A model generated the notes under the pieces. It saw nothing but the letters and a program-made list of their open reading frames with translations, was not told the DNA's origin and ran no database searches. DNA of 27,096 nucleotides from IMG/VR virus record IMGVR_UViG_3300011102_000556, positions 1 to 27,096 of that record; one strand, 5' to 3'. The stretch comes from a virus (taxonomy: Duplodnaviria; Caudoviricetes). Every line of letters begins with the position of its first letter. Positions within the stretch are counted from its first letter, which is position 1. The position numbers and the translations under genes are program-made. Positions 1 through 7,572 of the stretch are shown piece by piece.

Positions 1-1554
1 CTAGGTAGCGGAGCAGAGCACGCACTCGCACGGCTCCCATCTCATCCGTACAGCAATGCGCGAGCCGCTCCCGTGGCGGTACACCAGCACGTGACGTATG
101 ACCGACCGCAGCAGCTCGTTACGGCGCCGCACGGGGATGATGTCCCAGTCGTCTATGAGCCGATGCATGACCGGCTCGGCGCGGCCGGCGTCGATCTCGG
201 GCGACGCCTCGAGCTCGGCGACCGCCCGCTCGAGCCGCTCGCGCCGCTCGAGTAGCTCGTCGCGCGCCGCTGCATAGATGTCGTCCGGCATCGCCGTGTC
301 TGTGGCGCGCTGGATTGCGAGCCGACGCAGTGCGGCATCGACGTCGGCGAGCTCCCGCTGTAGGCGGCGCCGCTCATCGGCCGGCGACCGCTGCGGCCGG
401 CTCAACGCGACTTGGACGTCGGCGCGTGCGCGCTCGAGCTCGTCGACGATCTCGCGCAGGCGGTCGAGTACGGCCGCCTCGGCACGGCTACGTAGGACGA
501 TCACGCCCGAGCATCCCTGACCGTTTTTACGGCGTCCGCATATATAGTTCCATCCGGCCTTACCCCGGCCGCCAGAAAGCGCGATCATGCTCGCGCCGCA
601 CTGGCCGCATCGGACGAGCCCAGTGAGTGGATAGCGCGGCGTGCGCACGCGCGGGGGCATACGGGTACGCTCGCGACGCCGCGCTAGATAGCGCTGCCAT
701 GTCTCGTCGCCAATGATGGGAGGATGCGCCCCTTTGATGTAGATCTTGTTCCGACAGTTGATCGCGTCGCGGCATTTGCATGTTTCGTCATGGACTCGCA
801 GGTATCCGGCAGCGAATCCGCTGTCGAGGAATCGACGCACTGTCGCAATCGACCATTCTTTGCCTCGTGTTGTGCGGTAGCCGCGCAGATTCAGGATTTG
901 TGCGATCTCTTTGTACCCCAAGCCGCCGATGTAAAGCTCGTACATTTCTGCGACCATGTCAGCGGCGCCGCTTTCATAGTCGGGTTCGTAGCGTTCTCCC
1001 TGCTCATCGTTGGGGTCGCGTCGGTACTTGTGCTGTATCGGCGAAAACTCGTCGAGGACTTTTCCAAGTCGCACGTACCCGAAGCGGCGGGTTCCCTGCG
1101 CTGGTAGGCCGCGTTCGATGCGCGCTTTGTGCGCGGCTCGCCAGTTGTCGCCGATGATGTCTGAATACATCTCGGCGATGGCGAATGCGTTAGTCCTGTT
1201 ATATCGGCCGATGGCCGTTTCGACGTCCATTGGCTCAGTTGCTGACTGTAGCGAGCCGCCGGCGACCTCGACCCGTTTGACGTTCGCGAGCGACTCGACG
1301 GCGTTACGTCCCCACCGGTCATACCGGTAGACGATGATCTCGTCGGCCTTTTTCTGCTCGATTTTCGCTATCGCATCGACGACGCGACGCTTAAAATTTC
1401 TCCCCGTTCGATCGAGATCCTCGACCCATTCGACGATCCTTCTGCTGTTGCGTGCTGCCCATGACTTGATGGTGGCGCGTTGAATTTCCGGCGAGATCAT
1501 CTCTTCGCGCGCCAGAGACACGCGAATGTATCCGATCGCGAGCTTTTGAGCCAT
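1..1554 (-). CDS. int: Large serine recombinase (phage serine integrase), about 517 aa
   Basis: N-terminal resolvase motif GYIRVS (catalytic Ser), YRYDRWGRN, recombinase domain (FGY...GAHPPII), zinc ribbon LTGLVRCGQCG...YIC...C, then a coiled coil. Start moved to ATG 1554 (MAQKLAIGYIRVS); the ORF-track extension to 1635 is low-complexity and overlaps the upstream gene. Confidence 0.96.
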   Translation of the reverse strand: MAQKLAIGYIRVSLAREEMISPEIQRATIKSWAARNSRRIVEWVEDLDRTGRNFKRRVVDAIAKIEQKKADEIIVYRYDRWGRNAVESLANVKRVEVAGGSLQSATEPMDVETAIGRYNRTNAFAIAEMYSDIIGDNWRAAHKARIERGLPAQGTRRFGYVRLGKVLDEFSPIQHKYRRDPNDEQGERYEPDYESGAADMVAEMYELYIGGLGYKEIAQILNLRGYRTTRGKEWSIATVRRFLDSGFAAGYLRVHDETCKCRDAINCRNKIYIKGAHPPIIGDETWQRYLARRRERTRMPPRVRTPRYPLTGLVRCGQCGASMIALSGGRGKAGWNYICGRRKNGQGCSGVIVLRSRAEAAVLDRLREIVDELERARADVQVALSRPQRSPADERRRLQRELADVDAALRRLAIQRATDTAMPDDIYAAARDELLERRERLERAVAELEASPEIDAGRAEPVMHRLIDDWDIIPVRRRNELLRSVIRHVLVYRHGSGSRIAVRMRWEPCECVLCSAT

Positions 1555-1615
1555 GTGGTATGAGGGGGGTAAGGGCGCGCCGTGCTCCCTTGCGCGGCGC
1601 GCCGTGCTTCCTGCG

Positions 1616-1981
1616 CTAGTTGTTGCGGATGACACCCAGACGGCGGCCGTTCACTGTGGCGGGCGGCGGTGCGAGGGCGCGCAGTGCGCGCGCGATCTCC
1701 TCGACAGAGGATCGCGTCCGGCGCAACTCCTCGTTGATCTGCCGTGCCTGCGCGTGCATGTGCCCATTGCCGATCTGCACGCTGCGGACGCGCCGGCGCA
1801 GCTCGTCGACTTCCGCGGACACCAGGCAGCCCAACGCGGCGATGCCTGCGAGTCCGAGCATGCACAGCCCGTCTTGCCTGCGCCCCTGCATCAGCAACAG
1901 AGCGCCCGCGGTCGCCGTAGTGGCGGCGGCCGCTGCGGCGATGTGCTGCGCTGGTGTCAGGCGACGGTGAGCGTGCTGCAT
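1616..1981 (-). CDS. Membrane protein (two hydrophobic segments plus coiled coil), 121 aa; possible lysogeny-expressed or exclusion protein
   Basis: Strong SD (AGGAGGAGG) before ATG 1981; MQHAHRR...IAAAAAATTATAGALLLM...LCMLGLAGIAALGCLV followed by a heptad-like region. It is the 3' part of ORF 1616..2587. Confidence 0.75.
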   Translation of the reverse strand: MQHAHRRLTPAQHIAAAAAATTATAGALLLMQGRRQDGLCMLGLAGIAALGCLVSAEVDELRRRVRSVQIGNGHMHAQARQINEELRRTRSSVEEIARALRALAPPPATVNGRRLGVIRNN

Positions 1982-2157
1982 GTGGCCCCTCCTCCTGTAG
2001 CAGACGCACAGGCGCGCCGCCGCCCCCCGATCCCCCCGATATGCGACGTGCCGTGTCTCACATAGGACGTCAGAGGATGCCGAATTGATGCCATTCACAC
2101 GCTCGTCACCGTCGCCATACATGATCACTGTGCTTTGTGTGTTTTCGCCATTGACGC

Positions 2158-2580
2158 CTAGGCGGTCCGCTGCATAGCGCGCAGCACGGCGAGCAGGGCG
2201 GCGCGCTGCTCGGGATCTTGCTGTGCCGCCTCGAACCGGTCGGCGAGCTCGCGCAGTTCGTCGACCAGTGCTGTCCCGTCGGCGGCGCGCTGCTCTCGCT
2301 CGTCGTGCTGCGCGCGCCGCTCGTGCTGCCGCGCAACAGGGTCGAGCACGCGCAGTTCGTCGGCCGCATCGCCGCGGCCGACCTGCTCGAGCTCGGCGGG
2401 CGTGACGCCCACCGCGTGCGCCATGCGCGCTACGGTCTCGGCCGTACCGGGCTCGCCCTGCACGACACGTCTCCAGTGGGTACCGCTGATGCCGGCCGCC
2501 GCGGCGGCGGCGTTCTGGCTTAGTCGTCGTCTCTTGCGGGCGCCCTCTATGAGGGCGCCGAGGGGTGGCGCCGTAGTCAT
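2158..2580 (-). CDS. XRE-family HTH immunity repressor (CI-like), 140 aa, probably leaderless
   Basis: LGALIEGARKRRRLSQNAAAAAAGISGTHWRRVVQG is an HTH_XRE pattern; divergent from a cro-like gene; upstream of the integrase; no SD, and a -10-like TATGCT lies 7 nt before the ATG. Confidence 0.88.
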   Translation of the reverse strand: MTTAPPLGALIEGARKRRRLSQNAAAAAAGISGTHWRRVVQGEPGTAETVARMAHAVGVTPAELEQVGRGDAADELRVLDPVARQHERRAQHDEREQRAADGTALVDELRELADRFEAAQQDPEQRAALLAVLRAMQRTA

Positions 2581-2588
2581 GCCGCAAA

Positions 2589-2616
2589 GCATAGGTGCGA
2601 CATGTCGCACCTATGC
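2589..2616. promoter_or_regulatory. Operator: perfect 28-bp palindrome overlapping the repressor promoter
   Basis: GCATAGGTGCGACA/TGTCGCACCTATGC. It overlaps the minus-strand TTGCAT(2618-2613)-N19-TATGCT(2593-2588). Confidence 0.82.
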
Positions 2617-2676
2617 AACGGGTGTTAGGAAACCCTTACCTCTGCCGCCACGTCTCGCGCACACGTCTCACATGTC

Positions 2677-2705
2677 TTGCAACGTGCCACATGTGGCACT
2701 ACTCT
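2677..2705 (+). promoter_or_regulatory. Early lytic promoter with a 16-bp palindromic operator filling the spacer
   Basis: TTGCAA(2677-2682)-N17-TACTCT(2700-2705), 8 nt before the cro ATG. The spacer contains GTGCCACATGTGGCAC (2684-2699), with the same core as GTGCGACATGTCGCAC at 2595-2610. Confidence 0.8.
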
Positions 2706-2713
2706 CACACGGC

Positions 2714-2962
2714 ATGAACCGCAGGACACGTCGAGTCCCGCGCCGGCTCGCGCACGATCCGCACGCGCTACGCGCGGCACGCCGCCGGGCCGGCCGGTCT
2801 CAGGCATGGCTCGCCGAGCAACTCGGATGCTCGCGATCACTGGTCGTCGAGATGGAATCCGGTACCCGCTCGGCGCGTGCCGAGCGGCTGCCGATGATCG
2901 CCGATCTGCTCGGCGTCGCCGTCGACGAGATCGCCTGCCGCGACCAGGAGGCGCGCTCATGA
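2714..2962 (+). CDS. Cro-like XRE HTH protein, 82 aa
   Basis: ALRAARRRAGRSQAWLAEQLGCSRSLVVEMESGTR...IADLLGVAVDEI; first gene of the rightward operon; start ATG 2714. Confidence 0.9.
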   Translation: MNRRTRRVPRRLAHDPHALRAARRRAGRSQAWLAEQLGCSRSLVVEMESGTRSARAERLPMIADLLGVAVDEIACRDQEARS

Positions 2963-3162
2963 GCGCTGCGCCGCTGGTCACGCGCGGCGAGGCGATCGCG
3001 GAAGCCGCGCGCATCCTCGCCGAGATCGACGCGCAGGCCGCGCGCATGACGGTCGACGAGGCCGCCCGCGCGGCGTACGTACCTGGCGGGCCGCCGGTAG
3101 ACGAGCTTGCCGCCCGTATCCGTGCGCGCCGGGCGCAGGCCGCGCCGCGGCGCGCCGCTTAG
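2959..3162 (+). CDS. Hypothetical phage protein, 67 aa
   Basis: ATGA overlap with cro, SD AGGAGG upstream, GC3-biased codons (MSAAPLVTRGEAIAEAARILAEID). Confidence 0.75.
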   Translation: MSAAPLVTRGEAIAEAARILAEIDAQAARMTVDEAARAAYVPGGPPVDELAARIRARRAQAAPRRAA

Positions 3163-3174
3163 CCCCGTAAGCGC

Positions 3175-3207
3175 GCGCCCCGGACCGGTCGCAGCGGTCC
3201 GGGGCGC
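3175..3207 (+). terminator. Intergenic GC-rich stem-loop (13-bp stem)
   Basis: GCGCCCCGGACCG-7 nt-CGGTCCGGGGCGC just after a stop codon; no U-tract. Confidence 0.5.
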
Positions 3208-3257
3208 CAAGAGGCGGTATCGCCATCGCCTCTCAACCTACCGAGAGAGGATCATCT

Positions 3258-3809
3258 TTGGAACGCACTCCCTGTCCGCCATGGTGCTGGACGGATCACA
3301 AGACGCCGATCACACACGACGACGGGTCGGCGCTCACCCTGCCGAACGGCGAACCGATTCGGCGCGTTACGCACTTGAGCAAGCCCGTCATGACGGCCGA
3401 GCTCGGCGCCGTGTTCGCGTTCTCGCCCGCGCGGCTCGCGCAGGTCGCATGCGCGGCCGACGGCGAGGACTCGGCCGCGGCGTCGTGCGTCGTGACGTGC
3501 CTCGACGGCGCGTCGGTTGACTGGACGCTCGTGCAGGCACGCGCCCTGGCCGCTGCGCTCGAGCGCGCGGGGCGCCGCGACACGGCCACGGTCGTACGGC
3601 GCACGATCACGCTCATCGAGCACGAGCCCGTGCTCGAGCTGCACGGGCTCGCGAGCGACCCCGACACGCCCGACCTGTCGGAGGAGTGCGCGGCGTGCGG
3701 TACCTCGTGGCCGTGCGAGTCGGCGCACGCCGCCGACCTGGTCGAGTACTACCGTCTGCTGCACCCCGAGCCCGCCGCCGTGTCGACGACGGAAGAGGCG
3801 CCGTTCTGA
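3258..3809 (+). CDS. Cys/His metal-binding phage protein (CPxWC...H N-terminus, recalled as DUF6907-like; C-terminal H..CxxC...WPC finger)
   Basis: TTG start after GAGAGGA; CPPWCWTDH and IEHEP...CAACGTSWPC motifs. Confidence 0.7.
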   Translation: MERTPCPPWCWTDHKTPITHDDGSALTLPNGEPIRRVTHLSKPVMTAELGAVFAFSPARLAQVACAADGEDSAAASCVVTCLDGASVDWTLVQARALAAALERAGRRDTATVVRRTITLIEHEPVLELHGLASDPDTPDLSEECAACGTSWPCESAHAADLVEYYRLLHPEPAAVSTTEEAPF

Positions 3810-4573
3810 TGGTGGCGGGTCGGACGTATCGGCGCCAACACGGGCGCGGGCACTCCTACGTGCTCGACGGGCACAAGGTGCCCGGCGTCACGACGCTGAT
3901 CAACGGCGGCTTCCCTAAGCGTGCGCTGGTCGACTGGGCGGCGCGCACCGTCGCCGGGTATGCCGTCGACACCTGGGACGAGCTGTCCGAGCTGTCCGTC
4001 TCCGAGCGGTTGCGGCGGCTCGAGCGGGCGCACAACGCCGTGCGGGATGCCGCCGGCGTGCGCGGCACCAAGGTGCACAAGCTCGCCGAGCGGCTCGCCG
4101 CCGGCGACGAAGTCGAGGTTCCCGACGAGCTCGTCGGGCACGTCGAGGCGTGCGTCAAGTTCTTGGACGACTGGGGCGTCGAGCCGCTGTTTTCCGAGTG
4201 TCCCGTGTTCAGCCGTCGCCACCAGTACGGCGGGTCGCCCGACCTGGTCGCGCGGCTCGCGGACGGCCGGGTCTGGTTGCTCGATTGGAAGACCAACCAG
4301 CGCGGCCCGTATGGCGACCAGGCGTTTCAGCTCGCCGCATACCGGCATGCCGAGGTCTACCTCGACGAGTCCGGCCGTGCATGCCCGATGCCGCCGATCG
4401 ATGAGTGTGGCGTCGTCTGGCTGCGGGCGGATGGCTACGACCTCTATCCGGTCGAGGCCGACGAGTACGTGTTTCGTCAGTTTCTCTACATCGCGCAGGT
4501 GGCACGCGCGGCCGATGAATGCCGCGATTACATCGGCGACGCCGTGACGCCGCCCCCGGGAGGTGACCAGTGA
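3809..4573 (+). CDS. PD-(D/E)XK RecB-like exonuclease (RecE analogue), 254 aa
   Basis: VPGVTT, RGTKVH, E-x9-YGGSPD...LLDWKT...QLAAY motifs; TGATG coupling to the upstream gene; neighbour of the annealase. Confidence 0.88.
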   Translation: MVAGRTYRRQHGRGHSYVLDGHKVPGVTTLINGGFPKRALVDWAARTVAGYAVDTWDELSELSVSERLRRLERAHNAVRDAAGVRGTKVHKLAERLAAGDEVEVPDELVGHVEACVKFLDDWGVEPLFSECPVFSRRHQYGGSPDLVARLADGRVWLLDWKTNQRGPYGDQAFQLAAYRHAEVYLDESGRACPMPPIDECGVVWLRADGYDLYPVEADEYVFRQFLYIAQVARAADECRDYIGDAVTPPPGGDQ

Positions 4574-4809
4574 CCGGACAGTACCGGCTCGCCCAGGACG
4601 TCAAGCCGGGATGGTTCGTCCGGCACGACGGCTCGTGGCACAAGGTCAGCGTCTTTGCGCATTCGGAAGAGGTTCCGAGCGGTCGCGAGCGGGCGCACTT
4701 CACGTTCAGCGATGGATGCGCCGTCTCGTACGACTTCGGCGAGCGGCTGCTCACCTTGACCGCGCGTGAGGCGCGCGCCGTCGCCGCCCAGATGGGGGGC
4801 GACCGGTGA
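4570..4809 (+). CDS. Small beta-rich hypothetical protein (possible KOW/SH3-like), 79 aa
   Basis: GTGA overlaps at both ends, SD GGAGG; AQDVKPGWFVRHDGSWHKV pattern. Confidence 0.75.
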   Translation: MTGQYRLAQDVKPGWFVRHDGSWHKVSVFAHSEEVPSGRERAHFTFSDGCAVSYDFGERLLTLTAREARAVAAQMGGDR

Positions 4810-5969
4810 CCGAGATCGAGCGCTACCAGCAGCAGACGCCGGCCGTCGACGTCGACAGTTGGACCGGTGTCATGCCGGACGTGATCAAGCTCGCCGGCTA
4901 CATCGCTAACACCGAATTCGTCCCGGCCGGTCTGCGCGGCAAGCCCGCCGCGGTCGCCGCTGCCGTGCTGGCCGGGCGCGAGCAGGGCATCGGTCCGATG
5001 ACCAGCCTCACCCACATGCACGTTGTCGAGGGGCGGCCGACCATGTCGGCCGAGCTCAAGCGGGCGCGCGTGCTCGCCGCCGGTCATCACATCCACTACG
5101 TCGAGATGACGTCGACCCGCTGCGTCGTGCGCGGCCGGCGCCGCGGCTCGGACGAGTGGACCACCGTCACATGGACGATGGACGACGCCCGGCGCGCCGG
5201 ATTGGCCGGTAAGCCCAACTGGCAGCGCCACCCGCGGCGCATGCTCCAGGCTCGCGCAACCTCGGAGTTGTGCGACCTGCTGTTCCCGGACGTCGTCGGC
5301 GGGCTGCCGACGACCGAGGATATCGCCGACGACGTCGACGCCGCGGCCGAGCCGGTCGAGAAGCCTAAGCGCCGGACGGCGCGCCGGTCGACGGTGCGTC
5401 GGTCGGCGGCCGAGCCCGACCAGGCCGACCAGCCGGCGGCGACCGGCGACCAGGCGCCGCCGGTCGAGCCCGCCCGGCCGCCGGCGCCGCCCGCCCCGCC
5501 GTTGCCGGGCGAGCCCGGTTATGACGAGCCGGGCGCCCCGGCCGAGCCGGTCGAGCCCGAGCAGAGGGCGCAGGCCGAGCCCGAGCCGGCCGAGCCGATC
5601 AGCGACGCGCAGATGCGCAAGCTCGGCGCCACGTTCACCCGCATCGGGATCAGCGACCGCGGCGAGCGCCTACGCGTGTCGGCGACCCTCGTCGGCCGCC
5701 CGCTCATGACGTCGAGGGAGCTCACCCGGCGCGAGGCGTCGACCCTGATCGACACGCTCGCGACGGTCGCCGACCAGCCGGACGCCGCGGCGCGCCTGCG
5801 GGCGATGGTCGACGAGCTCGAGCAGGCCGCCGAGCTGCTCGCCGAGTCGGCCGACGCCGACCAGGCCGAGCCGGACGCCGACACGCCGGTCGACGCCGAG
5901 GTCGTCGAGGAGCCGCCCGCCGACACGCCGGTCGACTGGCCGCCGGTCGCTCAGCCCGGCATGGGCTGA
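4806..5969 (+). CDS. RecT-like single-strand annealing recombinase, 387 aa
   Basis: FVPAGLRGKP...GREQGIGPM..L..MHVVEGRPTMSA...WTMDDARRAGL..KPNWQRHPRRMLQARA core, a Pro/acidic linker and a C-terminal helical domain; paired with the exonuclease. Confidence 0.85.
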   Translation: MTEIERYQQQTPAVDVDSWTGVMPDVIKLAGYIANTEFVPAGLRGKPAAVAAAVLAGREQGIGPMTSLTHMHVVEGRPTMSAELKRARVLAAGHHIHYVEMTSTRCVVRGRRRGSDEWTTVTWTMDDARRAGLAGKPNWQRHPRRMLQARATSELCDLLFPDVVGGLPTTEDIADDVDAAAEPVEKPKRRTARRSTVRRSAAEPDQADQPAATGDQAPPVEPARPPAPPAPPLPGEPGYDEPGAPAEPVEPEQRAQAEPEPAEPISDAQMRKLGATFTRIGISDRGERLRVSATLVGRPLMTSRELTRREASTLIDTLATVADQPDAAARLRAMVDELEQAAELLAESADADQAEPDADTPVDAEVVEEPPADTPVDWPPVAQPGMG

Positions 5970-5974
5970 TCAGC

Positions 5975-6021
5975 GCGGGGCGCCCGGACTGCCACCACCA
6001 CATGACCGCCGGGCGCCCCGC
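5975..6021 (+). terminator. Intergenic inverted repeat (13-bp stem, 21-nt loop)
   Basis: GCGGGGCGCCCGG ... CCGGGCGCCCCGC right after the annealase stop codon; no U-tract. Confidence 0.45.
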
Positions 6022-6058
6022 CGCCCCGCAACCCCACCCACATAGGAGGACACGAGGC

Positions 6059-6289
6059 ATGCCCACCGTACCGACCGCCCCGGCGGCGATGGACATCGCC
6101 GCCGCCGTCGAGACGCTGCACCGTAACCCGCGATACGGCGAGATCGCCGAGCCGCTCGCCGACCTGCTCACCATGGCGGCGCCGTACGTCGCCGGTCCGG
6201 TCGCGCCGCCCGCCCAGACCTGGACGGGCAAGGCGCTGCGCATCGCGCGCGCCGTGCTCACGCGGGAGGGGGCGCGGCATGACGCGTAG
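6059..6289 (+). CDS. Hypothetical protein, 76 aa
   Basis: SD AGGAGG upstream of ATG 6059 (MPTVPTAPAAMDIAAAVETL). Confidence 0.7.
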   Translation: MPTVPTAPAAMDIAAAVETLHRNPRYGEIAEPLADLLTMAAPYVAGPVAPPAQTWTGKALRIARAVLTREGARHDA

Positions 6290-6512
6290 GCAGGTGCAGC
6301 CGTGCGGCACCAAGGCCGCCTATGAGCGGCACCGTCGCCGGCGCGAGCCGGTCGACGACGCATGCCGCAGCGCGCACAACCGCTACGTGCGCACCCGCAT
6401 GCGGGCGCGCTACCGCGCCGCCCGCCGACTCGCCGAGCTCTACCCCGACACATACGCCGCGCTGTACGCCGACGAGCTCGCCGCGGCGCTCGCCGAAGAG
6501 TGCGGTCAGTGA
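6279..6512 (+). CDS. Small Cys/His protein (CGTxAAYxRH...CR motif common in actinophages), 77 aa
   Basis: PCGTKAAYERHRRRREPVDDACRSAH; SD GGAGGGGG. Confidence 0.78.
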   Translation: MTRRQVQPCGTKAAYERHRRRREPVDDACRSAHNRYVRTRMRARYRAARRLAELYPDTYAALYADELAAALAEECGQ

Positions 6513-6838
6513 GCGCGTGCGCGTACGTCGTCGACGGCTCCCACTGCGGCGCCGTCGACGACGTACGCCTCTACCCGTGCGGGCCGCGTTGCCCCGAGCA
6601 CACGCCGGCCGCCATCGCGGGCGAGCCGGAGCCGTCCGGGCAGTACTGCGCCCCCGCCCGCTGCTACTGCGGTTCGCCGACGTGCCCGGCGTACCCGAGC
6701 TATCGGCGCCCGCTCGAGCCGGTCGCCGAGACGGTCGTCGACCGGCGCGCCGTCGAGTCCGGCCGCCGGGCGCCCGGCGCAGCACGCCGCCGCCAGCACG
6801 CCGCCACCCGCTATCAGACTCCGGAGACCTCCCGATGA
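6509..6838 (+). CDS. Cys-rich hypothetical protein, 109 aa
   Basis: GTGA overlap; C..HC..RLYPCGPRCPEHTP...YCAPARCYCGSPTC. Confidence 0.75.
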   Translation: MSACAYVVDGSHCGAVDDVRLYPCGPRCPEHTPAAIAGEPEPSGQYCAPARCYCGSPTCPAYPSYRRPLEPVAETVVDRRAVESGRRAPGAARRRQHAATRYQTPETSR

Positions 6839-6966
6839 CCGCTGCCGCTGTCGTGATCTCGCTCGCCCTGCTGGCCAGCGCGTCCGTCGTCATCACGTGG
6901 CGCACGACCAGTGACGATCTCGCCCACCTGCTGACCGACGTCGACCTCGAGGGGGGCGGCCGGTGA
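6835..6966 (+). CDS. Single-TM microprotein, 43 aa
   Basis: ATGA overlap, SD GGAG; MTAAAVVISLALLASASVVITW. Confidence 0.65.
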   Translation: MTAAAVVISLALLASASVVITWRTTSDDLAHLLTDVDLEGGGR

Positions 6967-7082
6967 GCACTGTCGCGCTCGTCGTCCTGCTCATCTCGAC
7001 CGCCGCCGTATGCGTGCCGCTCGGCATCGCCCTCGAGGCGCTCGAGTGGCGCCTACGGCACCGCGGCGAGGACGCCGCATGA
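6963..7082 (+). CDS. Single-TM microprotein, 39 aa (not in the ORF track)
   Basis: GTGA and ATGA overlaps on both sides; MSTVALVVLLISTAAVCVPLGIALEALEWRLRHRGEDAA. Confidence 0.65.
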   Translation: MSTVALVVLLISTAAVCVPLGIALEALEWRLRHRGEDAA

Positions 7083-7255
7083 CCGACGCCGCCCGCTGCG
7101 TCTGCGGGCACCCGCTCGTCTCGCACAACATCGGCCGGACCGGGACGCGCACACGCTGTCTGACCGCGACCGGTCCGGCCGGCGCCCCCTGCGACTGCCG
7201 CCGCTACACCCCAGCCAACCCGCCACCCTCCTCCACCAGGAGCGACCCGCCATGA
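7079..7255 (+). CDS. Zinc-finger-like microprotein, 58 aa
   Basis: CVCGHPLVSH...C...CDC; ATGA overlaps. Confidence 0.7.
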   Translation: MTDAARCVCGHPLVSHNIGRTGTRTRCLTATGPAGAPCDCRRYTPANPPPSSTRSDPP

Positions 7256-7572
7256 GTTGGACCGACATCGCCGATTGGAACCCCGACCGTGGTACCCGGA
7301 TTGGTATCGGCCGGGACGTCGACGAGCGCGCGCTCGCCCTCTACCTCCCCGCAGAGACGCCCGAGGAGCGCCGACGCGACGCGACCGCCGTCATGAGCCT
7401 GCTCGCCTCGTGGGTCGAGCGGCGCCATCCCTGCGCCGGCGTCGGCCGCTGCCAGCACCCCGACCACGCCGACCACGTCGACCAGGCCGCCGAGATCGCC
7501 GACATGCTCGGCACGCTCGCCGTGCTGGCCGACACCCGGACCGGAACCGGGGGGCGGCCGTGCGTGAAGTAG
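7252..7572 (+). CDS. Hypothetical protein, 106 aa
   Basis: SD AGGAG, ATGA overlap; contains HPC...CQHPDH. Confidence 0.7.
   Translation: MSWTDIADWNPDRGTRIGIGRDVDERALALYLPAETPEERRRDATAVMSLLASWVERRHPCAGVGRCQHPDHADHVDQAAEIADMLGTLAVLADTRTGTGGRPCVK

Noticed and set aside
1-60. att site next to the integrase
   Set aside because: The window begins at the integrase stop codon, so any att site downstream of it cannot be seen.
1982-2587. N-terminal 200 aa of ORF 1616..2587
   Set aside because: Arg-rich off-frame translation overlapping the repressor; a strong SD supports the start at 1981.
3809-4573. Nuclease as Cas4, implying a CRISPR link
   Set aside because: It lacks the four-Cys Fe-S arrangement of Cas4 and sits beside an annealase, as expected for a phage recombination exonuclease.
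5340-5940. GCCGAGCC-type short repeats in the annealase gene
   Set aside because: They reflect a Pro/Ala/Glu low-complexity protein linker rather than a DNA-level element.
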